Positions 26,631-35,087 of a stretch of DNA of 64,000 nucleotides are shown here, one piece after another (position 1 is the first letter of the stretch; every line of letters begins with the position of its first letter). The notes under the pieces are model-generated. The model ran no database searches. It saw only the letters and a program-made list of their open reading frames with translations, and was not told the DNA's origin. Position numbers and translations under genes: made by a program. The DNA lies in IMG/VR virus record IMGVR_UViG_3300031994_000039, positions 32,001 through 96,000 of that record, one strand, 5' to 3'. The DNA comes from a virus. Its lineage: Duplodnaviria > Caudoviricetes.

Positions 26631-26943
26631 TTTGTGTAACCTAATTAGAAGTTGATCCTGATGAAGGATGAGTTCTGGGCTACTCAACCAGGTGAACTTC
26701 TATTACGATGACCTTTTTCCTGATCTGCGGGCTGCGCAATCTTGGGGCTTCCTGAACATATTTCTGCTTGGATGTTGATTGAGCTTTTAATTTTTTTTTT
26801 TAGTATGTTTTAATCAGATAAAACAGTACCCAGCTCGTGTCCAGATACCTCCTTCCGGCGGAGGTGCCTCCTTTCCCTTAACAATGCGATCCATTCACTG
26901 ACAGTAAATGGTTGTTTTAAAAAAACAAAATGCGTTACACAAA
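26631..26943 (-). ncRNA. Retron-like msr-msd ncRNA 2
   Basis: 10-bp terminal IR TTTGTGTAAC/GTTACACAAA, G at 26933; 5' ~90 nt and 3' TAATTAGGTTACAC are homologous to ncRNA 1. Confidence 0.75.
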
Positions 26944-26972
26944 AATCAAATACTAGTTTTATTCAGCAGAAA

Positions 26973-27200
26973 TTAAGCGTTGTCTGCTTTAACCACCTGT
27001 AAGAGGTAGCATTTATCAGTAACGCCGTAGTCTGCAAAGGTCTTATTGAAATCCGCACTGCCTACGACGCTGCCGTTGAGTGTGATTCCGCCTGCGGCAA
27101 CATTGAGATTTGCCTGTTCTGCGGCTTCGAGAATTGTAGTGCTTGGGTCAAGAACTAATTCTGTTTTATTGAGTGATGTTCCGCTTATTACCTTAATCAT
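26973..27200 (-). CDS. Ubiquitin-like (beta-grasp) protein, copy 1 (75 aa, ends KADNA)
   Basis: Size, TT(I/L)xE...LNG...KTF.DYGV pattern; AAGGAGG RBS; context. Confidence 0.75.
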   Translation of the reverse strand: MIKVISGTSLNKTELVLDPSTTILEAAEQANLNVAAGGITLNGSVVGSADFNKTFADYGVTDKCYLLQVVKADNA

Positions 27201-27284
27201 GGTTAAATTCCTCCTTAATTTACAGGGGCGAGGCAAATGCCCAGCCCCGACTTACCTGTTATTTATGAATTGTGAAGAATGTTA

Positions 27285-27665
27285 TCACATAATTGTGATG
27301 CTATCCATTGCTGTGCTGAGTGCGTTCTTGGCAGCTTCGATCTTTTCCGGAGCAGTTGCCTCGAATGCGTTCATTTTAGCAAGAGCCTTGCCATACTTTT
27401 CAGCAATGAACCCCTTGATCTTATCCGGTTCAAGATCGCCGACAGAAACTGAAGTGCTTGCGTAGCCGCTTGCATCAGTCTTATCGAAGGTGATTCCGTA
27501 TGTTCCGATTGAGCCTGTGGTTCCTGTTGCAACCTTAAAATCAATTTCCTTTTCCTCGTTCTTAACGACGAGTGCTTCAGGTGTTACTGTTGCAAGTGTT
27601 TCGAGATCTGCTGTGAGAATTGTGCTTGTGAAAACTGCGATGCCTGAGATTACTGTTACCTTCAT
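27285..27665 (-). CDS. 126-aa protein, paralog A in the Ubl operon
   Basis: Same length and clearly similar to 27751-28131. Confidence 0.8.
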   Translation of the reverse strand: MKVTVISGIAVFTSTILTADLETLATVTPEALVVKNEEKEIDFKVATGTTGSIGTYGITFDKTDASGYASTSVSVGDLEPDKIKGFIAEKYGKALAKMNAFEATAPEKIEAAKNALSTAMDSITIM

Positions 27666-27750
27666 TTAGATTTCCTCCTTAAAATTACAGGGGCGAGATT
27701 AAGAAACCCCGCCCCACTTACGTGAATGAATGTTTGTTTCCGCTGAGCGA

Positions 27751-28131
27751 TTACATAATTGTGATGTTGTTCATTGCTGTTTCAAGAGCTGACTTAGCAA
27801 GTGCGATACGCTCTGGTGCAACCTCTTCAAAAGAGTTCATCTTTGCGATTGCCTTGCCATATTTAGTGGCAATGAATTCCTTCACCTTGTCTGCCGGAAT
27901 GTTACCGATTTCAACAGATGTTGAAGCGAAGCCGCTTGCGTCTGTCTTGTCGAAGGTGATTCCGTAGGTACCAACTGAGCCCTTTGAGCCTGTGTCAACC
28001 ACAAACTCAATTTCTTTTTCTTCGTTCTTGGCGATGAGCACTTCCGGAGTTACCTTCTTGAGTGTTTCCAGATCAGACATGAGAACTGCACTTGTGAAAA
28101 CCGCGATTCCGCTGATTACAGTAATTTTCAT
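27751..28131 (-). CDS. 126-aa protein, paralog B in the Ubl operon
   Basis: MKITVISGIAVFTS...GTYGITFDKTDASG shared with paralog A. Confidence 0.8.
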   Translation of the reverse strand: MKITVISGIAVFTSAVLMSDLETLKKVTPEVLIAKNEEKEIEFVVDTGSKGSVGTYGITFDKTDASGFASTSVEIGNIPADKVKEFIATKYGKAIAKMNSFEEVAPERIALAKSALETAMNNITIM

Positions 28132-28294
28132 TTTAAATTCCTCCTAGAATTTTCTTACTTGTGTTTTGAGAGATGTGAAATTGTGTGTCTATTATGTTAA
28201 ACTCCTAAACGGTTGGGTTGAATTCCGCAAGCCCGAAATTGGGGGCGATAACCGTTCCGCTTAGGAGGTAACATCAGATTGTTTTTCCAGTAGC

Positions 28295-28522
28295 TTAAGC
28301 GTTGTCTGCCTTAACTACCTGGAGTAAGTAACATTTATCTGTTACTCCGTAGTCGTTGAAAGTCTTGTTGAAATCCCCACCGGAAACCATTGAGCCGTTG
28401 AGTGTGATTCCGCCCGCAGGAACGTTGAGTCCTGCCTGCTCTGCAGCTTCCATGAGTGTTGTTGATGGGTCGATAACGAGTTCTGTCTTGTTGAGTGATG
28501 TTCCTGAGATTACCTTGATCAT
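28295..28522 (-). CDS. Ubiquitin-like protein, copy 2 (75 aa, ends KADNA)
   Basis: 65/75 residues identical to copy 1. Confidence 0.75.
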   Translation of the reverse strand: MIKVISGTSLNKTELVIDPSTTLMEAAEQAGLNVPAGGITLNGSMVSGGDFNKTFNDYGVTDKCYLLQVVKADNA

Positions 28523-28592
28523 TTGAAATTCCTCCTAAGTTTTTCGTTTAAATTCTTACTAATTCTTACTGGAACTTTTAATTCCTTACTTA

Positions 28593-28621
28593 ACTATATC
28601 ACAGCGTTGTCTGTTTGTCAA
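28593..28621 (-). promoter_or_regulatory. Sigma-A promoter of the Ubl operon
   Basis: TTGACA-17 bp-TATAGT with extended TG. Confidence 0.75.
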
Positions 28622-28783
28622 GTATATTTTTAAAAGCTCTTTTCTTACCCTGACCAAAATCCGTCCTTTCTTGTTTATGGTTTGTTACTTTCCTACAGTG
28701 GTTCATTGGTTGGTTATCCACTCACGCCGCGTGGAGGCTGAACCTTGTGAGCTGTAGCTCCTACGAGAGGAGCAAGTATCAAA

Positions 28784-28864
28784 TTAAATTCCGAGCCCTG
28801 CGATGAGGACAGCAATTGCCGTTCCCCACATGAGCAAGCTATAGCAGCTTTTAGAATTCCTCAT
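28784..28864 (-). CDS. 26-aa hydrophobic peptide
   Basis: MRNSKSCYSLLMWGTAIAVLIAGLGI after AAGGTGGTGA RBS. Confidence 0.45.
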   Translation of the reverse strand: MRNSKSCYSLLMWGTAIAVLIAGLGI

Positions 28865-28883
28865 GTGATTATCACCACCTTTC

Positions 28884-29267
28884 TTATACGCTTCCTATTT
28901 TCAGAGTATCGTAAGCCTCGAACTTCTTGAAGAGCTGCTTGTAGTATGCCCTTACATCGTTGAGTTTTCTTACGAATACCGTCTTCTCGTAGATAGTTTT
29001 CCAGCCGTACTTAGTCTTTAATGCCGGATTGTTTTTCTCGTATCCCTCCTTAACTGTGACGAACCTTCTGTTTAATTCCCTGTACCTTCTGATTGAGAAA
29101 TCCTCGGTTCCTGTATAGTGGATTTTCCCTTCATCATCAAGATCCATGTATTCTATTTCATACATAGCAACCTTGTTTCCTTTTATGTCTGCGTCTTTGC
29201 TTACCCAGCCGATTCCCTCGACGTATTTGTTTACGATTCCCGTGTATACTCTATGAAGTTCATACAT
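28884..29267 (-). CDS. Hypothetical early protein
   Basis: MYELHR start after GAGGTG. Confidence 0.6.
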   Translation of the reverse strand: MYELHRVYTGIVNKYVEGIGWVSKDADIKGNKVAMYEIEYMDLDDEGKIHYTGTEDFSIRRYRELNRRFVTVKEGYEKNNPALKTKYGWKTIYEKTVFVRKLNDVRAYYKQLFKKFEAYDTLKIGSV

Positions 29268-29338
29268 GATTAAACACCTCTCAGACCTTCTGTAATGCCC
29301 CACAAGGGCGTTGCTGATTTTAATTGACAACTTTACCC

Positions 29339-29587
29339 CTACCAGTTGAGGAGTGCCTTCTTGGCTTCCCTAGAAAGTTCCTGAGGGTTTATTCCCAGTG
29401 CATTGAGGAGGCTTCTGATTCCGTCCTCATATCCATACTGGTACTCGCAGTTCCTGCGGTATTCCTCGAAGTCTGTGTTTGCGAGTTCCGTGTCCTTAGG
29501 GTAAACCCTTTTCACAGATTCCCAGTTTGTTTTCATTACAGTCAGAACTGGATTTGTTAAGATTCCCATGTGTTTATTTCCTCCCAT
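29339..29587 (-). CDS. Hypothetical early protein
   Basis: ORF track; likely start MGIL after GGAGG. Confidence 0.6.
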   Translation of the reverse strand: MGGNKHMGILTNPVLTVMKTNWESVKRVYPKDTELANTDFEEYRRNCEYQYGYEDGIRSLLNALGINPQELSREAKKALLNW

Positions 29588-29844
29588 TTTCTTTCGTAAT
29601 TCTTTACAGCTTTCCTGTATTCCTCGAAAAGCGCGTCCTCAAGAGGTTTGTATTCCTCGTAGGTCGCAAATGCATATGTAAGACCTGAGCAATATCCTTT
29701 TATGTGGAAGTACTCGTCGTTTGAGAAATCCAAATCTGACATTCCATCGGTAATCATATTCCTCGCCCTTTTACGTATTGCGGAAACATAGCTGTCATAG
29801 ATTCTTCTTCCCTGCACGCTGAGCTTTTTAACATACGGTTTCAT
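29557..29844 (-). CDS. Hypothetical early protein
   Basis: ORF with RBS. Confidence 0.6.
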   Translation of the reverse strand: MKPYVKKLSVQGRRIYDSYVSAIRKRARNMITDGMSDLDFSNDEYFHIKGYCSGLTYAFATYEEYKPLEDALFEEYRKAVKNYERKWEEINTWES

Positions 29845-30375
29845 TTAAAATTCCCCCGTTTCTGCTGCTTCCATTTTGGTAAGTTCCCAAGTTTCCAAAT
29901 CCATGTATGAGTAAATTGAATCATCTTCAATTTCCTCTGTCCAGTGAGTGTTAAGTCTGAGTTTGTAGGTTTCATATTCCTGCAGGTCTTCCTTTACGCA
30001 GTAAATTTCCCCTGCGTAAATTCCTGTAAGGCAGAAGAACTGCCCGCCTCCGAGTGCTACTGCCTCGGTGGAATAGAGAACTTCTTCTATTGGACAGAAA
30101 TCTACAATTTCCTCGGAGAAATCGTTGTTTCCTAACCAAACTTGTGTTTCATATTCCTCGCCTTTTACTACTTCTACGTTTGCGCCAAGGTCAAACACAT
30201 TTCCGGATTCATCAACCATGCAGTGTTCTGAGATTCCGTACATTACACGATGTTCAAATTCCTGAGCTTCTTCAGCTTCCTCGGCGTTTATATACTGTCC
30301 AGTAATGCCGTAAAAACAAAGCCCTGCGATAAGTGGCAGGGCATGGAATGTTCTGTTTACGTCTTTGTATGCCAT
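29845..30375 (-). CDS. Acidic protein with N-terminal hydrophobic segment
   Basis: MAYKD start after GAGGAGG; ALPLIAGLCFYGITG. Confidence 0.6.
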   Translation of the reverse strand: MAYKDVNRTFHALPLIAGLCFYGITGQYINAEEAEEAQEFEHRVMYGISEHCMVDESGNVFDLGANVEVVKGEEYETQVWLGNNDFSEEIVDFCPIEEVLYSTEAVALGGGQFFCLTGIYAGEIYCVKEDLQEYETYKLRLNTHWTEEIEDDSIYSYMDLETWELTKMEAAETGEF

Positions 30376-30376
30376 T

Positions 30377-30628
30377 TTAAAATTCCTCCTCGTCAAGTTC
30401 CTCGTCGAGTTCTTCTGTGAACCCTTCGATTTCCTCGTCGTTTTCATCATCTACAACTTCGGTAGCTGTGAAGAGCTTCGAGTAATACGGATCCTTTTCA
30501 TTTTCCTTGACTTTTGCCTTGTATTCCTCTGTGGTTTTGCATGACTTCTTGAATTCCTCGCAGTCTGCAAGAAAATCCTTGCAAAGCTGACGGAACTCCT
30601 TATGAGTGATTTTGATTGTGATTTTCAT
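30377..30628 (-). CDS. Small protein with acidic tail
   Basis: AGGAGG RBS; tail DDENDEEIEGFTEELDEELDEEEF. Confidence 0.65.
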   Translation of the reverse strand: MKITIKITHKEFRQLCKDFLADCEEFKKSCKTTEEYKAKVKENEKDPYYSKLFTATEVVDDENDEEIEGFTEELDEELDEEEF

Positions 30629-30757
30629 TTGAAATTCCTCCTGTTTATGGTTTAGGTTTGTTTTGAAATTCCGCCTGTTTAGGCGTGATTCCCCGCCCTG
30701 CCATTGCAGGCAGGCAAGCCGGCTTTTCCGGACGGAGATAAACCATAAACCTTTATA

Positions 30758-31105
30758 TCAATTTTCTTTGGAGGTATCGATTCCAAGGAGATTCAGCACA
30801 GCTGTAATTCCCACAAAGCTGAAATTCCCCATTTTTTCCGGAATAGCTTCCCAAACACCTGGGTAAAGTTCTTTTACTCCGGACAGAAGCATATTTCCCC
30901 AGTCACCACCGCACGCAGTGCAGTATTTCCCAAGGAATTCCTTGATTCCGTATGCGAATGGCGCTGCTTTTTCGCATTCCTCGATTACACGGAGTCCGTC
31001 GCCGTCCCAAAGGCGGTACACGATTCCTGCAAAGTCGTTTATGTCGAGAAGCTCGTTAATTTCCTGAGCTGTGATTTTTGCATCTAAAATTCCTGTTCCT
31101 GTCAT
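30758..31105 (-). CDS. Hypothetical protein
   Basis: CTACGGDWG.MLLSG motif; RBS. Confidence 0.65.
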   Translation of the reverse strand: MTGTGILDAKITAQEINELLDINDFAGIVYRLWDGDGLRVIEECEKAAPFAYGIKEFLGKYCTACGGDWGNMLLSGVKELYPGVWEAIPEKMGNFSFVGITAVLNLLGIDTSKEN

Positions 31106-31118
31106 TTGAAATTCCCCC

Positions 31119-31262
31119 TTATATACAAATCGGTTCGTCTTCTACGTTCCACTCATCTGAGCTTGACTCAGATTCTTTAGCTTCCTGTGTTTCTATTGCA
31201 CGAGCACGAGCCCGTGCTGCCATAATTTCAAAGTTTAAAGCGTCTTTTGCAATTTTAAACAT
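31119..31262 (-). CDS. Small protein (47 aa)
   Basis: MFKIAKDALNFEIM after AGGAGG. Confidence 0.5.
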   Translation of the reverse strand: MFKIAKDALNFEIMAARARARAIETQEAKESESSSDEWNVEDEPICI

Positions 31263-31379
31263 ATTGATTCCTCCTAAAGGTTTGGTTTTGGTTTATGGGT
31301 TTGCGATAACCCCGTTCCGGCATTGCACCGGAAAGCCGCTTTTACGGCGGGGTTTAGGGGATTTATTGGGGTAAGATGA

Positions 31380-32195
31380 TTACTTCTTTGCCTTGTACTC
31401 GACTGTGTACATTGAGCCCTCAGATTTCGACTCTTTTACCTTGATGATATTGCAGAGAATATCCATGATTATCATGCGGAACGCCTTGTGTGTGGCTGCT
31501 GTTACGCTAAGGGCAGCTTTACCCTTCTTTGTCTGAGTTGCAAGCAGGTATGAAACGTCGTGTGATGAGCCCTTGAAATCTTTTCCGACCATTTGTGCGA
31601 CAAGCACATTGAGTGATTTGAGGAGCTGCGTCTTAGAAGTCGGGTCGGCAGTTTTGTTAATGTCTTCAAGGTTACCCGCATTTCTGAGGTCTTCACAAAG
31701 TTTTGAGAACGAATAGCTGTCATTGATGCTTTTCAGCTGATTTTCGGTCAACCCTAAATTTTTGCCTACCGCAAGAGTAAGGCGGAAATTGAGTCGTTCA
31801 CACGTCCACACCCAGTTCTTGTCTTCACCGATAGTTTTTCCGGCGTATTTCTGAAGCTCTAACGGGTCAATCTGTGTCATGCGGGTGGATATTTCTTTGG
31901 AGATATGCCCAAATTCATCCTTTACGTCCTTGACGCTTAAAGCGTCGAAGTGGTGGAGCGATGCCGCATTTACGATAATGTTACCGTCCTTTTCAAGGAT
32001 TGCTTCAAAAGTCGCAACCTTTACAGCTGTGCCGTAGTTTTTGATTGACTTGTCGATTGCGTCCTTTGTGTCGTTAAGAACCTTGATTGAAGGGGCTTCC
32101 TTGTTTGATTCTGTGTTCCACTCTTTTACGAGTTCTTCAAGATTGATCTTTTCCTCTTCCATGTTGGCAAGAGCATTTTTCATTTTTTCAGTCAT
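31380..32195 (-). CDS. Hypothetical early protein (271 aa)
   Basis: AGGAGGT RBS. Confidence 0.75.
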   Translation of the reverse strand: MTEKMKNALANMEEEKINLEELVKEWNTESNKEAPSIKVLNDTKDAIDKSIKNYGTAVKVATFEAILEKDGNIIVNAASLHHFDALSVKDVKDEFGHISKEISTRMTQIDPLELQKYAGKTIGEDKNWVWTCERLNFRLTLAVGKNLGLTENQLKSINDSYSFSKLCEDLRNAGNLEDINKTADPTSKTQLLKSLNVLVAQMVGKDFKGSSHDVSYLLATQTKKGKAALSVTAATHKAFRMIIMDILCNIIKVKESKSEGSMYTVEYKAKK

Positions 32196-32665
32196 GATAA
32201 ATTACCTCCTGTGTAAATTGACTGTGGTTTATGTGCTGCCCTTTACAGCACTAAACCCCGTGGCAGTGTCGCAACTGCCTGTGTGCAAGCACACAATCCG
32301 CTTTTAGGAAACGGGGTAATATGTAAAGCCCTGTACACGCTTATGTAAGGGCTGAATTTACATTTATCCGCGGGTTTATCTCATGGGTCAAAGCCATGTA
32401 TCAGAGAACCCGAAACTGTATCCATGCAAACGGGCAAGCCTCCATTTGCACGTTTCACCCATTTTCACCTACTGGGCAACCGTCGGCAACCGTCATTTAT
32501 TCACTCTATCGGGCTTGAGCGCCTGCTACACCGTCAATTTTCCATCAAGTAAAAACCGTCCAATTTGTTCGATTCTCGTAGAGAAGCTCAAGAGCACACC
32601 GTAGGTGTTCAAACTCGTTGGCTTATAGATTTTTGCTATTTGGAAAAAATCCATAGTAGCAAGGG

Positions 32666-32846
32666 GTCAACGCAAGGGGGGTGCAAGCCCCCCGACCGTC
32701 AACGCAAGGGGGGTGCAAGCCCCCCGACCGTCAACGCAAGGGGGGTGCAAGCCCCCCGACCGTCAACGCAAGGGGGGTGCAAGCCCCCCGACCGTCAACG
32801 CAAGGGGGGTGCAAGCCCCCCGACCGTCAACGCAAGGGGGGTGCAA
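32666..32846. repeat. Perfect 32-bp tandem repeat, about 5.7 copies
   Basis: Unit GTCAACGCAAGGGGGGTGCAAGCCCCCCGACC at 32666, 32698, 32730, 32762, 32794 and partial at 32826. Confidence 0.95.
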
Positions 32847-32930
32847 AAGTCCAAAGCAAACAAAAAAAAGTCCCTCAGACAACGTATTTACGTCATTTGA
32901 GGGACTTGCTAAGGGGATTAGAGTGTTATA

Positions 32931-34262
32931 TTATCTGATAACAATTGCGCCTTTATGACTATTTGCAAACATCCACGTAGCATATGAAATATTTTCCAGT
33001 TTGCCGTAGTGCTCGAAAATAGGCGGGTTTAAATAGTCTGTTGACTTGTGAAGATTGACTTTGTATTCATTAGCTACTATGCTAATATCAGCACCTGTAA
33101 ACTCTGCGTCACTCTGTGGGTCAACGTGTATCGGAATGTTACTCATTTCTGACAGCTTGTTTGCAGTTTCAGTATCGTATGAACCGCGTGAAATAGGGCT
33201 TGAATCCTTTTCGTTCCAGGAATTGGCAAGTATCTCGTGGGCACTTGCATTGTTAAAGTCAAGTACATTTTTCAGTGATTCAATGCTTAAAGCCTTATTA
33301 CGGATACGCTTTAAAGCACTTTTTACAGTTTCTTGACTCATTTTTAAACTTTTAGCAATGACTTTGTATCCGGCAAACGGCATTTTAAGTCTAAATGCGA
33401 GCACTTTTGTTTCTGATTCCGACAGCTTAAGGTCGGCTGTCGATACTCTGAGTCTGTTTTCGTCCTCTAACGTATCAATATTATACACGAGTCGCTGATA
33501 GATTTTAGTGCCTTCTGTCGCATTATCTAACTCAATATAGCTGTAGCGCCCGTCGTAAGACTTGAAGCTGTCGTAAGAAGCGATGTTCTGTCTGATTTTG
33601 TGGAATATTTCACGAAGAACAGACGTCTCAACTTCACGATATGTTGCAACAGTGTCTAGTGTGTCAGATATTACGACCTGTTTTGTTGGTTTATTTACCA
33701 TGATTTTACGGGTTAACCAATATCTATGACAAATATTCGGAGTTTTGAGCAGTTCAAACTGGAATTTATTCTCAGTTTTCATAGCGCTCCAAAGTTCAAT
33801 AAATGCCGTGTTTACGTGATCTGAAGCGCTTCCACTCCATGGATTTTTGATACAGTCATAATACATTTCACGTACCTTTTCGTTGTCCGGTGTTACGTCA
33901 AGCATGCGTCTAAGTACACAGAGTACCATAGCAGGACTTAAAGCTCTAAAAGTCGACTCACACGGATTCTTTTCAGCGTCACTTACAAGGTCGGAAAATA
34001 CGTGTTTTTCAGCACTTTCAGCCTTCCATGATTCAATGATTATCATGAAATTTTTCCATGATTCAGTTGACAGAATGTCTACCGGAACGTCAAAATGTTT
34101 ATCGTCTTTCCAGTTGATGTTTAAAGGCTTGAAAGTCACGTTTTCACGGGCTTTTAAAGCGTTTTTACGGTTCAGCATTTCTTGACGTTCTGTGAATGTC
34201 ATGCCGGAAAATGTGTTGTTTGCGTCGTTTGTGGTTGCGGTTGTGTTTGCGTACTTTTTCAT
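32931..34262 (-). CDS. Putative early regulator with sigma-region-4/LuxR-like HTH
   Basis: LSESETKVLAFRL...GYKVIAKSLKMSQETVKSALKRIRNK; AGGAGG RBS; consensus promoter upstream. Confidence 0.65.
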   Translation of the reverse strand: MKKYANTTATTNDANNTFSGMTFTERQEMLNRKNALKARENVTFKPLNINWKDDKHFDVPVDILSTESWKNFMIIIESWKAESAEKHVFSDLVSDAEKNPCESTFRALSPAMVLCVLRRMLDVTPDNEKVREMYYDCIKNPWSGSASDHVNTAFIELWSAMKTENKFQFELLKTPNICHRYWLTRKIMVNKPTKQVVISDTLDTVATYREVETSVLREIFHKIRQNIASYDSFKSYDGRYSYIELDNATEGTKIYQRLVYNIDTLEDENRLRVSTADLKLSESETKVLAFRLKMPFAGYKVIAKSLKMSQETVKSALKRIRNKALSIESLKNVLDFNNASAHEILANSWNEKDSSPISRGSYDTETANKLSEMSNIPIHVDPQSDAEFTGADISIVANEYKVNLHKSTDYLNPPIFEHYGKLENISYATWMFANSHKGAIVIR

Positions 34263-34352
34263 AAAAATCATCCTCCTAAGATGTTGTGTCACTTTTTGTG
34301 ACAAGGTTTAAAAGTTTATGATATAGAGAAAATTTCTTTTCTCTATGGTTTT

Positions 34353-34381
34353 ATTATACGCCTAAATACGTGGTTTGTCAA
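34353..34381 (-). promoter_or_regulatory. Perfect consensus sigma-A promoter
   Basis: TTGACA-AACCACGTATTTAGGCG(17)-TATAAT. Confidence 0.85.
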
Positions 34382-34722
34382 GTGTTTTTTTAAAATCTGA
34401 TACAAAATTATTCTATTTCCGATTTTCTCACTTGTGGATATAGGTTTTAGTATTACCGAAGGCAGACCGGACAACCGGAAGACAGGTCACTTCTCCTCCC
34501 AAGCCTCACCTCCAAATCCTCTAACCCCATCCACCCCCGCAAATAAGCGATTTACCGATATCGATTTTTTCTCTGACCCGGAAAATGACGAGTAGAAATT
34601 TTTTACGAGTGTTAATTCTGACTGGATCGTGTCCATACCCACCAGTATCCAAAATAGTGAGCATATGTAGATTAACTTAACAAATCATCTATACCCGAAA
34701 ACTTAAACTCTTAAAAGACTAC

Positions 34723-34751
34723 TTGACGGAATAGAATAAATATGATATAAT
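34723..34751 (+). promoter_or_regulatory. Divergent sigma-A promoter
   Basis: TTGACG-17 bp-TATAAT with extended TG. Confidence 0.8.
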
Positions 34752-34820
34752 ATAAGTAGAATATTAAAAGTTGTTTATCCAGAGAAGAAACCTACCCGGT
34801 TTCCTTACTGGACAAGATAA

Positions 34821-35087
34821 ATGAGGAGGATGCAGATGAGTGATTTAATATTTGGATTCTATTTTAAAGAACCAGGTAAGAACCCAGTAGCCGGAATGGT
34901 AGGCCCTTACGAACTGGCTAAGCAAATACTCATAGACCTGACCGAAGAATCTCCGACTGGAACCAAAGGATATATCATAGACCAGTACAATGAAAAGTAC
35001 GAAGGTTTTGAAATGTGCGAAGAAAACGATCCTAGGTTACTCGAACAGAAAGCGAGAAACAAGAAAAGGAATAAGGGAAAGAAATAA
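34821..35087 (+). CDS. Hypothetical protein
   Basis: GAGGAGG RBS; first gene after the promoter. Confidence 0.6.
   Translation: MRRMQMSDLIFGFYFKEPGKNPVAGMVGPYELAKQILIDLTEESPTGTKGYIIDQYNEKYEGFEMCEENDPRLLEQKARNKKRNKGKK

Noticed and set aside
28790-28830. Hammerhead ribozyme (CTGCGATGAG...)
   Set aside because: No CUGAUGA or GAAA core; the region is better explained by a 26-aa minus-strand ORF.
32666-32846. CRISPR array
   Set aside because: The units are contiguous and identical with no spacers; no cas genes.
32383-32958. Plus-strand ORFs with repetitive translations
   Set aside because: Artefacts of the stop-free 32-bp repeat; no RBS.
34490-34545. G-quadruplex or terminus signal in the C-rich stretch between the divergent promoters
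   Set aside because: The runs are irregular and there is no second line of evidence.
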